NCBI RefSeq assembly: GCF_018350175.1
Contig: NC_058368.1
Location: 214,522,001 to 214,586,000 of the forward strand
Source: Felis catus
Taxonomy: Eukaryota
Direction of reading: 5' to 3'
Length of the DNA: 64,000 nt
The notes under the pieces were generated by a model. The model saw only the letters and a program-made list of their open reading frames with translations, did not search any database and was not told the origin of the DNA. Shown here piece by piece: positions 34,609 through 46,587 of this stretch; the stretch's first letter is position 1; every line of letters starts with the position of its first letter. Position numbers and translations under genes: made by a program.

Positions 34609-37600
34609 TCAGGATCCACATAGGAGTGAAACCATATGGTATCTGTCTTTCTCTGTATGGCTTATTTCACTTGGCATAACCCTCTCCAGTTCCATCCATG
34701 TTGCTACAAAGGGCCATATTTCATTCTTTCTCGTTGCCACGTAGTACTCCATTGTGTATATAAACCACAATTTCTTTATCCATTCATCAGTTGATGGACA
34801 TTTAGGCTCTTTCTATAATTTGGCTATTGTTGAGAGTGCTGCTATAAACCTTGGGGTACAAGTGGCCCTATGCATCAGTACTCCTGTATCCCTTGGGTAA
34901 ATTCCTAGCAGTGCTATTGCTTGGTCATAGGGTAGGTCTATTTTTGATTTTTTGAGGAACCTCCACACTGTTTTCCAGAGTGGCTGCACCAATTTGCATT
35001 CCCACCAACAATGCAAGAGGGTTTCCGTTTCTCCACATCCTCTCCAGCATCTATAGTCTCCTGATTTGTTCATTTTGGCCACTCTGACTGGCGTGAGGTG
35101 ATATCTGAGTGTGGTTTTGATTTGTATTTCCCTGATGAGGAGCGACGTTGAGCATCTTTTCATGTGCCTGTTGGCCATCCGGATGTCTTCTTTAGAGAAG
35201 TGTCTTTTCATGTTTTCTGCCCATTTCTTCACTGGGTTATTTGTTTTTTGGGTGTGGAGTTTGGTAAGCTCTTTATAGATTTTGGATACTAGCCCTTTGT
35301 CCGATATGTCATTTATAATATCTTTTCCCATTCCGTTGGTTGTCTTTTAGTTTTGTTGGTTGTTTCCTTTGCTGTGCAGAAGCTTTTTATCTTCATAAGG
35401 TCCAAGTAGTTCATTTTTGCTTTTAATTCCGTTGTCTTTGGGGATGTGTCAAGTAAGAAATTGCTACGGCTGAGGTCAGAGGGGTCTTTTCCTGCTTTCT
35501 CCTCTAGGGTTTTGATGGTTTCCTGTCTCACATTCAGGTCCTTTATCCATTTTAAGTTTATTTTTGTGAATGGTGTGAGAAAGTGGTCTAGTTTCAATCT
35601 TCTGCACGTTGCTGTCCAGTTCTCCCAGAACCATTTGTTAAAGAGACTGTCTTTTTTCCATTGGATGTTGTTTCCTGCTTTATCAAAGATTAGTTGGCCA
35701 TACGTTTGTGGGTCTAGTTCTGGGGTTTCTCTTCTATTCCATTGGTCTATGTGTCTGTTTTTTGTGCCAATACCATGCTGTCTTGATGATTACACCTTTG
35801 TAGTAGAGGCTAAAGTCTGGGATTGTGATGACTCCTGCTTTGGTCTTCTTCAAACTTACTTTGGCTATTCAGGGCTTTTTGTGGTTCCATATGAATTTTA
35901 GGATTGCTTGTTCTAGTTTCGAGAAGAATGCTGGTGCAATTTTGATTGGGATTGCATTGAATGTGTAGATAGCTTTGGGTAGTATTGACATTTTGACAAT
36001 ATTTATTCTTCCAATCCATGAGCACGGAATGTTTTTCCATTTCTTTATATCTTCTTCAATTTCCTTCATAAGCTTTCTATAGTTTTCGGCATACAGATCT
36101 TTTACATCTTTGGTTAGGTTTACTCCTAGGTATTTTATGCTTCTTGGTGCAATTGTGAATGGGATCAGTTTCTTTATTTGTCTTTCTGTTGTTTCATTAT
36201 CAGTGTATAAGAATGCAACTGATTTCTGTACATTGATTTTGTATCCTGCAACTTTGCTAATAAATTCATGTATCAGTTCTAGCAGACTTCTGGTGGAGTC
36301 TATCAGATTTTCCATGTATAATATCATGTCATCTGCAAAAAGTGAAAGCTTAACTTCATCTTTGCCAATTTTGATGCCTTTGATTTCCTTTTGTTGTCTG
36401 ATTGCTGATGCTAGAACTTCCAACTCTATGTTAAACAACAGCGGTGAGAGTGGACATCCCTGTCGTGTTCCTGATCTCAGAGAAAAAGCTCTCAGTTTTT
36501 CCTCATTGAGGATGATGTTAGCTGTGGGCTTTTCATAAATGGCTTTTACGATCTTTACATATGTTCCTTCTATCCCGACTTTCTCGAGGGTTTTTATTAA
36601 GAAAGGGTGCTGAATTTTGTCAAAGGCCTTTTCTGCATCGATTGACAGTATCATATGGTTCTTCTCTTTTCTTTTATTAATCTGATGTATCATATTGATT
36701 GATTTGCGAATATTGAACCAGCCCTGCATCCCAGGAATGAATCCCACTTGATCATGGTGAATAATTGTTTTTATATGCTGTTGAATTCGATTTGCTAGTA
36801 TCTTATTGAGAATTTTTGCATCCATATTCATCAGGGATATTGGCCTGTAGTTCTCTTTTTTTACTGGGTCTCTGTCTGGTTTAGGAATCAAAGTAATACT
36901 GGCTTCATAGAATGAGCCTGGAAGTTTTCCTTCCCTTTCTATTTCTTGGAATAGCTTGAGAAGGATAGGTATTATCTCTGCTTTAAACGTCTGGTAGAAC
37001 TCCCCTGGGAAGCCATCTGGTCCTGGACTCTTATTTATTGGGAAATTTTTGATGACTGATTCAATTTCTTCACTGGTTATGGGTCTGTTCAAGCTTTCTA
37101 TTTCCTCCTGATTGAGTTTTGCAAGCGTGTGGGTGTGTAGGAATTTGTCCATTTCTTCCAGGTTTTCCAGTTTGTTGGCATATAATTTTTCATAGTATTC
37201 CCTGATAATTGCTTGTATCTCTGATGGATTGGTTATAATAATCCCATTTTCATTCATGATTTTATCTATTTGGGTCATCTCCCTTTTCTCCTTGAGAAGC
37301 CTGGCTAGAGGTTTATCAATTTTGTTTATTTTTTCAAAAAACCAACTCTTGGTTTCGTTGATCTGCTCTACAGTTTTTTTTAGATTCTATATTGTTTATT
37401 TCTGCTCTGATCTTTATTATTTCTCTTCTTCTACCGGGTTTGGGGTGTCTTTGCTGCTCTGCTTCTATTTCCTTTAGGTGTGCTGTTAGATTTTGTATTT
37501 GGGATTTTTCTTGTTTCTTGAGATAGGCCTGGATTGCAATGTATTTTCCTCTCAGGACTGCCTTCGCTGCATGCCAAAGCATTTGGATTGTTGTATTTTC

Positions 37601-38432
37601 ATTTTTGTTTGTTTCCATATATTTTTTAATTTCTTCTCTAATTGCCTGGTTGACCCACTCATTCGTTAGTAGGGTGTTCTTTAACCTCCATGCTTTTGGA
37701 GGTTTTCCAGACTTTTTCCTGTGGTTGATTTCAAGCTTCATAGCATTGTGGTCTGAAAGTATGCATGGTATGATTTCAATTCTTATATACTTATGAAGAG
37801 CTGTTTTATGACCCAGTATGTGATCTATCTTGGAGAATATTCCCTGTGCACTCGAGAAGAAAGTATATTCTGTTGCTTTGGGATGGAGAGTTCTAAATAT
37901 ATCTGTCAAGTCCATCTGATCCAATGTATCATTCAGGGCCCTTGTTTCTTTATTGACCATGTGTCTAGATGATCTATCCATTTCTGTTAAGTGGAGTGTT
38001 AAAGTCCCCTGCGATTACCACATTCTTGTCAATAAGGTTGCTTATGTTTGTAATTGTTTTATATATTTGGGGGCTCCCGTATTCAGCGCATAGACATTTA
38101 TAATTGTTACCTCTTCCTGATGGATAGACCCTGTTATTATTATATAGTGCCCTTCTTCATCTCTTGTTACAGCCTTTAATTTAAAGTCTAGTTTGTCTGA
38201 TATAAGTATGGCTACTCCAGCTTTCTTTTGACTTCCAGTGGCATGATACATAGTTCTCCATCCCCTCACTCTCAATCTGAATGTGTTCTCAGGTCTAAAA
38301 TGAGTCTCTTGTAGACAGCAAATAGATGGGTGTTGTTTTTTTTATCCATTCTGATACCCTATGTCTTTTGGTTGGCGCATTTAGTCCATTTATATTCAGT
38401 GTTATTATAGAAAGATATGGGTTTAGAGTCAT
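34609..38432 (-). pseudogene. L1 ORF2p (APE endonuclease, RT, C-terminal domain), frameshifted
   Basis: Starts MTLNPYLSIITLNINGLN; the 469-aa fragment has [32 protein letters not shown] and KYLG; split over at least six ORF pieces. Confidence 0.96.
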
Positions 38433-38482
38433 TGTGATGTCCGTAGGTTTCATGCTTGTAGCGATGTCTCTGGTACTTCGTG

Positions 38483-39601
38483 TCACAGGATCACCCTTAA
38501 GATCTCTTGTAGGGCTGGTTAGTGGTGACAAATTCCTTCAGTTTTTGTTTGGGAAGACCTTTATCTCTCCTTCTATTCTAAATGACAGACTTGTTGGATA
38601 AAGGATTCTCGGCTGCATATTTTTTCTATTCATCACATTGAAGATCTCCTGCCATTCCTTTCTGGCCTGCCAAGTTTCAGTAGAGAGATCCGTCACGAGT
38701 CTTATAGGTCTGCCTTTATATGTTAGAGCATGTTTGTCTCTAGCTGCTTTCAGAATTTTCTCTTTATCCTTGTTTTTGGCCAGTTTCACTATGATATGTT
38801 GTGCAGAAGATTGATTCATGTTACGTCTGAAGGGAGTTCTCTGTGCCTCTTGGATTTCAATGCCTTTTTCCTTCCCCAGATCCGGGAAGTTCTCAGCTAT
38901 TATTTCTTCAAGTACACCTTCAGCATCTTTCCCTCTCTCTTCCTCCTCTGGTATACCAATGATGCGTAGATTATTTCTCTTTAGTGCATCACTTAGTTCT
39001 CTAATTTTCCCCTCATACTCCTGGATTTTTTTATCTTGCTTTTTCTCAGCTTCTTCTTTTTCCATAATTATCTTCTAGTTCACCTATTCTCTCTTCTGCC
39101 TCTTCAATCCGAGCCGTAGTTTTCTCCGTTTTAGTTTGCAACTCATTGATAGCATTTTTAAAATTTTTTTTTCAACGTTTATTTATTTTTCAGAGAGAGA
39201 GAGAGAGACAGAGCACGAACGGGGGAGGGGCAGAGAGAGAGGGAGACACAGAATCGGAAACAGGCTCCAGGCTCTGAGCCATCAGCCCAGAGCCCGACGC
39301 GGGGCTCAAACTCACGGACCGCCAGATCGTGACCTGGCTGAAGTCGGACGCCTAACCGACTGCGCCACCCAGGCGCCCCGATAGCATTTTTTAGCTCCTC
39401 CTGGCTGTTCCTTAGTCCCTTGATCTCTGTAGCAAGAGATTCTCTGCTGTCCTTTATACTGTTTTCAAGCCCAGCAATTAATTTTATGACTATTATTCTA
39501 AATTCATTTTCTGTTATATTGTTTAAATCATTTTTGATCAGTTAATTAGCTGTTGTTATTTCCTGGACGTTTTTCTGAGGGGAATTCTTCCGTTTCGTCA
39601 T
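38483..39601 (-). pseudogene. L1 ORF1p, frameshifted and SINE-disrupted
   Basis: Starts MTKRKNSPQK at 39601; the 175-aa fragment has RNNLRIIGIPEEEE, ENFPDL, DLSTETWQARKEW and PRILYP. Confidence 0.94.
39160..39379 (-). mobile_element. Young SINEC_Fc inserted in L1 ORF1
   Basis: CpG-rich body; TSD gatagcattttt at 39148-39159 and 39380-39391. Confidence 0.97.
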
Positions 39602-40102
39602 TTTGGATTGTCCCTGGACTGGTGGGGGACTGAGGGGCACTTCCCCTGTGCTGTCTTGAATAACTTGCATTGGTGGGCGGGGCCGCAGTGAGACCTGATG
39701 TCTGCCCCCAGCCCACCACTAGGGCCACAGTCAGACTGGTGTGTGCCTTCTCTTCCCCTCTCCTAGAGGCGGGATTCACTGTGGGGTGGTGTGGCCTGTC
39801 TGGGCTACTTGCACACTGCCAGGCTTGTGGTGCTGGGGATATGGCATATTAGCTGGGGTGGATGGGCAAGGTGCACAGGGGTGGGAGGGTCAGGCTCAGC
39901 TCGCTTTTCTTTCGGAGATCTGCTTCAGGAGGGGCCCCTCTTCTATGGGCCTCTCGTCTGGGCTTGGCTCCGGGGACTCCATTCTCCTAGTCTTCTGGCG
40001 GTTTTCTGGGTTATATAGGCAGGTGTAGGTGGAATCTAAGTGATCAGCAGGACACTCAGTGAGCCCAGCGTCCTCTTATGCTGCCATCTTCCCAGGATCC
40101 TC
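39602..40102 (-). promoter_or_regulatory. L1 5'UTR internal promoter with YY1 core (aagatggc, 40083-40090)
   Basis: GC-rich segment upstream of the ORF1 ATG; 'gccatctt' on the plus strand ~12 nt from the element start. Confidence 0.75.
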
Positions 40103-40279
40103 AATTGAAAATTATTGAAGCAACACATTTCATTTGGTTTGGTGGCATTTTCCAATACTAGGAAGATTTCTGTTTATAACGAGTTGAAAGAGGAGATAAA
40201 TGTCATTGTCTTCTTTCCTTTGCATGTAATGAGCACACATTGGTCATAGATCTTTGAGGTCATATAAAATCAACATCAT

Positions 40280-40830
40280 TGCCTCAGGGAGGTCTTCCTT
40301 ACCCCTAAAGGCTATGCTAATGCTGCTGTTATACATTCCACTAGCACCTGTAGCTCTTTGTTTGAAAGAGCAATTACTTATTAACATGTATAATAAGTTA
40401 TCTGCCTCATGAACTACTGAATCCCTAGAGCTTAGCACAGCCCTCACACAGAATGATCACTCCACAATTTTCTATTGATTGTCCACAGTGTAAAAGGCAC
40501 GATTCTAGACATCAGTGTTACAGTAGTAAAATAGTTGGAGATCCCTCCTCACAGAGCTTCCACTGAGAGCAGGCGGGACACAAACAATACACATATAAAA
40601 AATAATAAGAAATATGTCTGTGGTCATAAATGCAATAACAAAAACTAAAACTGTATAAGGGGACAGGGTTGGAGAATGCTACTTTAGAAACCATGTTTAG
40701 AGTATATTCTCTGTGAAATGATATTCGAGCAGAGAGTGGCATGAAGTGAAGGAGCAAGACAGATTCTTGGATACCTGGGAGAAGAAATTCCAGACCAAGA
40801 GTGAGTAACTGTTGAACTGAATTAATTCGT
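40280..40830. mobile_element. L2 fragments (plus-strand 3' end to ~40485, then a minus-strand piece)
   Basis: 'ctcagggaggtcttcctt', 'tgaatccctagagcttagcacag'; 'ggcacgattctagacatc...cctcacagagcttcc', 'ggatacctgggagaagaaattccag'. Confidence 0.55.
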
Positions 40831-40985
40831 TGCTTAAGGAGATCATAATATCTATTAGGGATCATAAGCTTTTTAAACTTCCCAAAACAATTCACAAAGT
40901 TTGAAGAGCAACTATATTGTATGGCTGATAAGATCATGTTTTCTTCAAAATTGGAATGAAATTGTCATAGGAATGGACACACATG

Positions 40986-41168
40986 AAGGGAGATCTGGGT
41001 TATGTGGAGCCTAAAGCTTATATGGTTTTGGAGGACTTTATGTAAGAGTAAATATTTTGTTTTCATAAATTCTACAAAACATATGACCAAATGAATATCG
41101 CCAGGGTCTTTCAGAATGAGAGATCTGAAAACTTCAGCTTTGTTAGCTTCATGGCACCTCTACCTCTG
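40986..41168. mobile_element. MER53-like hAT MITE
   Basis: 'gggagatctgggttatgtggagcctaaagcttata...cagctttgttagcttcatggcacctctacctctg'. Confidence 0.65.
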
Positions 41169-42019
41169 GACACGCTATGCATCTGAGAAGAAAAGGAATC
41201 ATTACTCTTTCTATTGTCTCTTCTGTTTATGTCCTAATAAGGAAATGGCAGTTTGAGGTTAACATCGTGGTTTTTCTAGGCAAGCACCTAATAAATAATT
41301 GTACAATTCCATTCTAGCACGAGGAAACCAGGCCATTTTGGTGATGTGGATAAAGCACTTGGGTGAGATTCAAGGGCTCTAATTTTAGTTCTGTCATTTG
41401 CTAGCTGTGGGAACAAAAGACAGACCAACCAACCAATCTGACGCTTCTTTCCCTTTTTGTATGAAAATGTTGGATTACAGTAGTGCTTCAGTGAGTAGTT
41501 TTAAGGTATTTACGATATTAGAACACCACTTGTACTATGCTTTACTTTATAGTTTTGTAACATCATTCCCAATATTTACTTAAATTGATTTAAAGGAGTT
41601 ATATTACTATTAATACTAGAAATAATTATTGATACTGGGAAATTGGCAAAGAACTTTGATAAAAACTTAATGTTGTTAGACCATAGCTGTATTTCTAGCT
41701 TGAAAAAATGTTTGAAGCTGAAGTTTTTTTGTGTATATTGCAAAGAGAGGTTATCAAGCACCAGGTTGTTGGTAAATATCTGTACCAAACTGTGCCTTTT
41801 TAAATGATATAATCAATTAATTGATAGAGAATTACAAATAAATAATACTAGTATATAAATATAATACTTTATTATTTAAAATGATTTAATGTTTATGTAT
41901 GTGTACCACTTAAGCTATTTTGGGTACCATTAGGATTACACATCCACAATCTAGGAAAACCGGATTATGTAATCTAGTCTGGGGTTCAAAAAATTTTTTT
42001 TTTGCTTAAATCTATTAAA

Positions 42020-42224
42020 GTGGGGATCAGCAGACTACAGTCTATAGGTCAAATATAACCAGCTGTCTATTTTTGTAAATAAAGATTTACTGGAATACAA
42101 CCTTACTCATTTTTATTTATCGTCTATGGCTACCTTCACACTACTTTGGCAGAGTAGTTCTGAAGGAAACTGTAAGACCTGTTAAAATATTGAACCTTTT
42201 ACGGAAGAAGTTTGTTGACTTCTG
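42020..42224. mobile_element. MER58A (hAT-Charlie)
   Basis: 'gggatcagcagactacag...tttttgtaaataaagatttactggaatacaacc...gtctatggctaccttc...cctttt acggaagaagtttgttgacttctg'. Confidence 0.8.
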
Positions 42225-42324
42225 AATTCCTTAAGCCTTGTGGCTATATAGTCTTTGTATTTTCTATGATTAATATTAATATTAGCACAGGTTCAATCAA
42301 TTTTTTAAAGTAAAGGCAAATTGT

Positions 42325-43365
42325 CTACACTTTGATGTCTAATATACACCTCAGACTGAACATGTGTAATACAAATGCCTGATCTTTTCCGTACCAAAAC
42401 TTTCCATCCGTACTTGATGACGTCTCCATTCTTTTCATTGCTAAGGTAAAAAACCTTACCTTTGGAGTCATCCTTTACTCCCTTTTTCTTTTTTTATTAC
42501 ACTCATATACAGTCTTTTGGGAAAATCTTGCCAGTAATTTTCAAATAAATGCAGAATCTGAGCACTTCTCATTCCATTTGATACCATTGTCCATGCTAAA
42601 ACCATCATCATGTCTCCATTGATTACCATCATTGCCTACTGGTTTTTATCAGTGACTCTCCATAATCTAATTTCAAACAAAATGCCCAGCCAGATCATTT
42701 CACTTTTGTTCTTAAAGCCTTCCACTCTATTCAGAGTAAAGTCCAAAGTTCTTATAAGGGTCTGTAAGGCCCAGTATGATGTGGTCCCTGTTACCTCTCT
42801 TGTTGCATCCTTTGTTGACTTTCCCTCTCTCTGCTTATCCACACTGGCCCTTCGCTTTCCTTCAGCACATCAGCCCCACTCCCTTCCTCCTGGCTTTTTC
42901 CTCTACCTGGACTACTTCAGTCCCTTATATTCACTTTTCTCATATAATCATTTTATTTTTGGGTTTTTGCTCAATTTTTACCTCTTTATTGAAGCCTACT
43001 CTGAATACCAAATTTAAATTTGCAGTCCTTTACCCCAATAATCTGCAGTCAAATGCTCTACCACTGAGTTGTACCCCCTTATCCTGTAATCTGGATCCCC
43101 ACTGCTTGCTTTCCTTTGTATTTTTCTATAGAATTCAGCCTCTTTTAACATACAATATGTAATATATTGTGTGTTAATATAGAAATAATTTATTTATTTA
43201 TGGTTGTTGTGTTATAGTCTCTTTCTCCTCAGTACAATGTAAGCACCATGAACATAAGAATATTTGCTGTTTTATTTACTTGCATTTGTCAAGCATCTCA
43301 AAAAGTGCCTAGAATATAACAGACGATTGATGTATTTTTGAATTCATTTTTTGAGTAAATGAACA
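42325..43365 (+). mobile_element. L2 (L2a-like) 3' portion
   Basis: 'gatgtctaatatacacctcagactgaacatgt', 'ttggagtcatcctt', 'cagaatctgagcacttctca', 'tcagagtaaagtccaaagttctta', 'aatgtaagcaccatga...aagtgcctag'. Confidence 0.8.
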
Positions 43366-43582
43366 AATCTGAAAGATTTTAATATCTAATTTTCAAGTAA
43401 TTTCTTGAAAGTACCAACCAGAAATTTTTCAGTATTTATTTAGATTTTTCAAATTTAGAAGCGGAATAGATGGAAGATAACAAAGTTTTCTTAAGCATGA
43501 AAAGGAAAGTTAAACTTTATATATGTAGAATTAGATAATTCAGTCCTTAAATATAAACACATAATTTGCTTCTTGTGTTATT

Positions 43583-43809
43583 TTAAAAAATATGTATATA
43601 TTTTTAATGTTTATTTATTTTTGAGAGAGGGGGAGGCAGAGTGCAAGCTGGGGAGGGGCAGAGAGAGAGAGGGAGACACAGAATCCGAAGCAGGCTCCAG
43701 GCTCCGAGCTGTCAGCACAGAGCCCGACGCAGGACGCAACTCACGAACCATGATATCATGACCTGAGCCGAAGTCAGACGCTCAACCGACTGAGCCACCC
43801 AGGCACCCC
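43583..43809 (-). mobile_element. CAN-SINE (SINEC_Fc)
   Basis: Head 'ctgagccacccaggcacccc' ends at 43809; TSD gtgttatt at 43575-43582 and 43811-43818. Confidence 0.95.
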
Positions 43810-44149
43810 AGTGTTATTCTTTTTTTAAAATAAGTCTCTCAATTTTATTTTTTCTTAAATATATTAATAATTAGCAATGCCTAGTTAAATCATTTATAAT
43901 ATTTGGCTGTCTCTTTCTATAATCAGGAGTCTTCTATAACTTAACCTTGTCTCAGAAGTTTCTTTGTATACTGGCCCTAAAAGAAACTAGTCAGCCCCAG
44001 GAAGAAACTGCTTCCCCAGCATCCATCTCTGGTGGAGGTTGTACTTTCTCTCATGTCTCACTTAACATTATAGGTATGAGGTATAATATGTGTCTTTGTA
44101 GCTCTCCATTTCTTCTCTTTCTTGCAAAAATTCTGTATGATTGAGGCTT

Positions 44150-46225
44150 CTGCCATCATTCCATCCGTTATTCACTCTTTCACATCCAAACATTGTAGAA
44201 ATTTCCATTATTCCTTGAAGACCTTAGGCTCTGGATCACATCTTTCTATTTCAACATAATAGCTGTTACCTTTTTTGTTGACTTCTAAATTCCTGTGTAT
44301 CACCACACTATATCCAGGCTTCCAAATTCAGTATTTCTGCCTCTCCCAGGCCTTTCCTAATTTTGTTTTAGCCAGTCATCTCTATATCCTCATTCCTGAC
44401 CTCCAAAATTTCAAGAGCAAACATCACACTCAATGATCACCATCTTCTCTCTGCCATATTCCTTGCTCAATAATCTCACTACAACAATTTCTCAATAACA
44501 TCCTGATCTAATATCCAGTGATCCTACAAGTTTCTCATTATTCTGTAGTCATACCTCATTCTCTCTTCTTTTTTGGCACAGTTTATGTTTCAAACCACAT
44601 TATTATAATCGCTCACTTTGCATTATCTTCTCACTATTCATGTTTTTACTTCCATTCTTGAGTCCATGGTCCATTATTCTATCACTCTCTTGAAACATGT
44701 CCCAGTGACCTTACAGCTTTCTTACATCTTTCATAAAGTACCAGCCATGGGTGAACTCAATCATTCATCTTCTCAGTGCCTGCACACAAGCACTTGAATG
44801 AAGCTGAATGTTCACCAGAACATTCCCTTCACTTGAAATTAATTATCTCAAACGTTTGTCTTGGTTGACCACTTCCTCACCTTGAAACACTTCTCTTTCT
44901 TGATTTTAAGACACCATATTCTCCTGGTTTTCCTCTCACCTACCTGGCCACTTTATCTTAGTCATAATTGTTGGCTACTTCTTTTTCAGAATACATCTAA
45001 AATTAGTATTTTTTTTCAGGGGTTTGTTCCAGGTCTTCTTTTATGTTCTTTCTAAACTCTTCGCCTAGAAGATGTCATCTAGTTCCCAAAATGTCAGGAC
45101 TATCTGTATCACACACACAAAAATCCAATTATAATATTAGGCAATTAAGAATGAGCTTATTCCAATTATACGATGTCTTACTGACATCTTCACATGTATC
45201 TCATAGGCATGCCAAGCTTTTATGGCCAAAAGCTAATCCTCTTTTTTTCTTTTTTCATTTTTATTGAGATCTAATTGACATATGGAACTGTGTAAGTTTA
45301 GGTGTATCATCACTTATATAATTGTGTAAGCTAACTCTTGATTTCTCCCAAACCTAATCTTTCCTAAGTATTCCTCATCTCAGCAAATGGAACCACTGTC
45401 CTCTCTTGTTCAGCCCTTGGTTCCTTTCTCTTTCTCATCCCCTACATACAATGCAGGTGCCAGTCCTGCTGACTTTACTTTTAATACATACCTTGAAAGA
45501 TATTATCCCAGCTTCATCATCTCCTGCTTAGATGACTGTGGCAGCCTCTGACTTGCATTCTTTATTTTTTTGACTCTTCTCTAACTCAAGTAATCTTTTC
45601 ATGACATACATCTTATGTTGCCACTTTCCATTGTACTTAGGCCTACAGTTACTGAAACTGAGGGCCTCTGCCAACCTCAACACCCTCAGCTCCTGCTCTT
45701 AGCCCCTTTCAACTACACTGGCTTCATTACTGTTCTTTTTACTGTAAAACAGTATTTTTTTTTACTATTTGATGTAAATACATCAAAGTCTGTATGGCTT
45801 CAAGTTGCAAAACCAATTCCTCCTGTAGGACCTTTGCACATTCCCCCCATTTAAGGCCTTTGCATATACAATCTATCCTTTCTTTTTCAAAGTTATCTCC
45901 TCACCCATTCCATCTTGACTAAATATCTCTTCCTAAAACAGATCTGTCTATTATGTGTTAGGAAGTACTGCTTCCACTTCCAAACCGGATTTTCCTTTTT
46001 ATCATGAAAACCCACTCATTTCCTTTCTAGCACTTATACATGTTTTCAGTAATAACATTACTTGATTATTAGTATGTGCTTTCCTCATTGTGTTAAAAAA
46101 TATCTATGAAGGCAGGGTCATGTATTTTACTAACCATGGTATTCTGGTTCTTAAACATTTAATATTTGACAGTGTTTGACATTTAATATTTGTTAATTAA
46201 CATTTTTGAATCATTTAATGAATAT
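44150..46225 (+). mobile_element. Long diverged L2 remnant
   Basis: 'ttgaccacttcctcaccttgaaacacttctct...gacaccatattctcctggttttcctc', 'tattcctcatctcagcaaatggaaccac', 'tatgaaggcagggtcatgt'. Confidence 0.7.
45241..45327 (-). mobile_element. Very short L1 3'-end insertion
   Basis: T-rich tail then 'ttttattgagatctaattgacatatggaactgtgtaagtttaggtgta'; degenerate TSD aagctaatcct (45230-45240) / aagctaactct (45328-45338). Confidence 0.7.
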
Positions 46226-46367
46226 GTGTGGTTTTATAGTAAAAAACATAGTTGATTAGTTGCAAGTGAGTGATAAGACTCAGCTAACTGCTACTGGGCT
46301 TCACATACTTAATATAGGGCACTTATTTTCGCTTAGTATTATTTACTTTAAATTTTAGGCATCTTCT

Positions 46368-46587
46368 GGGGCACCTGGGTGGCTCAGTCGGTTAAGCGTC
46401 CAACTTCGGCTCAGGTCATGATGTTGTGGTCCGTGAGTTCAATCCCCGCATCGGCCTCTGTGCTGACAGCTCAGAGCCTGGAGCCTGTTTCAGATTCTGT
46501 GTCTCCCTCTCTCTCTGACCCTTCCCTGTTTATGCTCTGTCTCTCTCTGTCTCAAAAATAAATAAACATTAAAAAAATTAAAAAAAA
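46368..46587 (+). mobile_element. CAN-SINE (SINEC_Fc)
   Basis: Perfect 17-bp TSD taaattttaggcatctt at 46349-46365 and 46588-46604. Confidence 0.97.

Larger units (their letters stand above)
34366..40102 (-). mobile_element. Full-length young felid L1 (L1_Fc-like), inactivated
   Basis: Perfect 14-bp TSD aattgaaaattatt at 34352-34365 and 40103-40116; 5' end gaggatcctgggaagatggcag with YY1 core; ORF1 and ORF2 homology throughout; T-tail at 34366-34384. Confidence 0.98.

Noticed and set aside
35869..37278. 469-aa reverse transcriptase ORF as a novel RT system or functional gene
   Set aside because: It is an ordinary fragment of L1 ORF2p inside a TSD-flanked, frameshifted L1.
42610..43162. Hydrophobic 135-aa and 128-aa ORFs as membrane proteins
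   Set aside because: They lie in a pyrimidine-rich L2 remnant; the hydrophobicity reflects T/C-rich codons.
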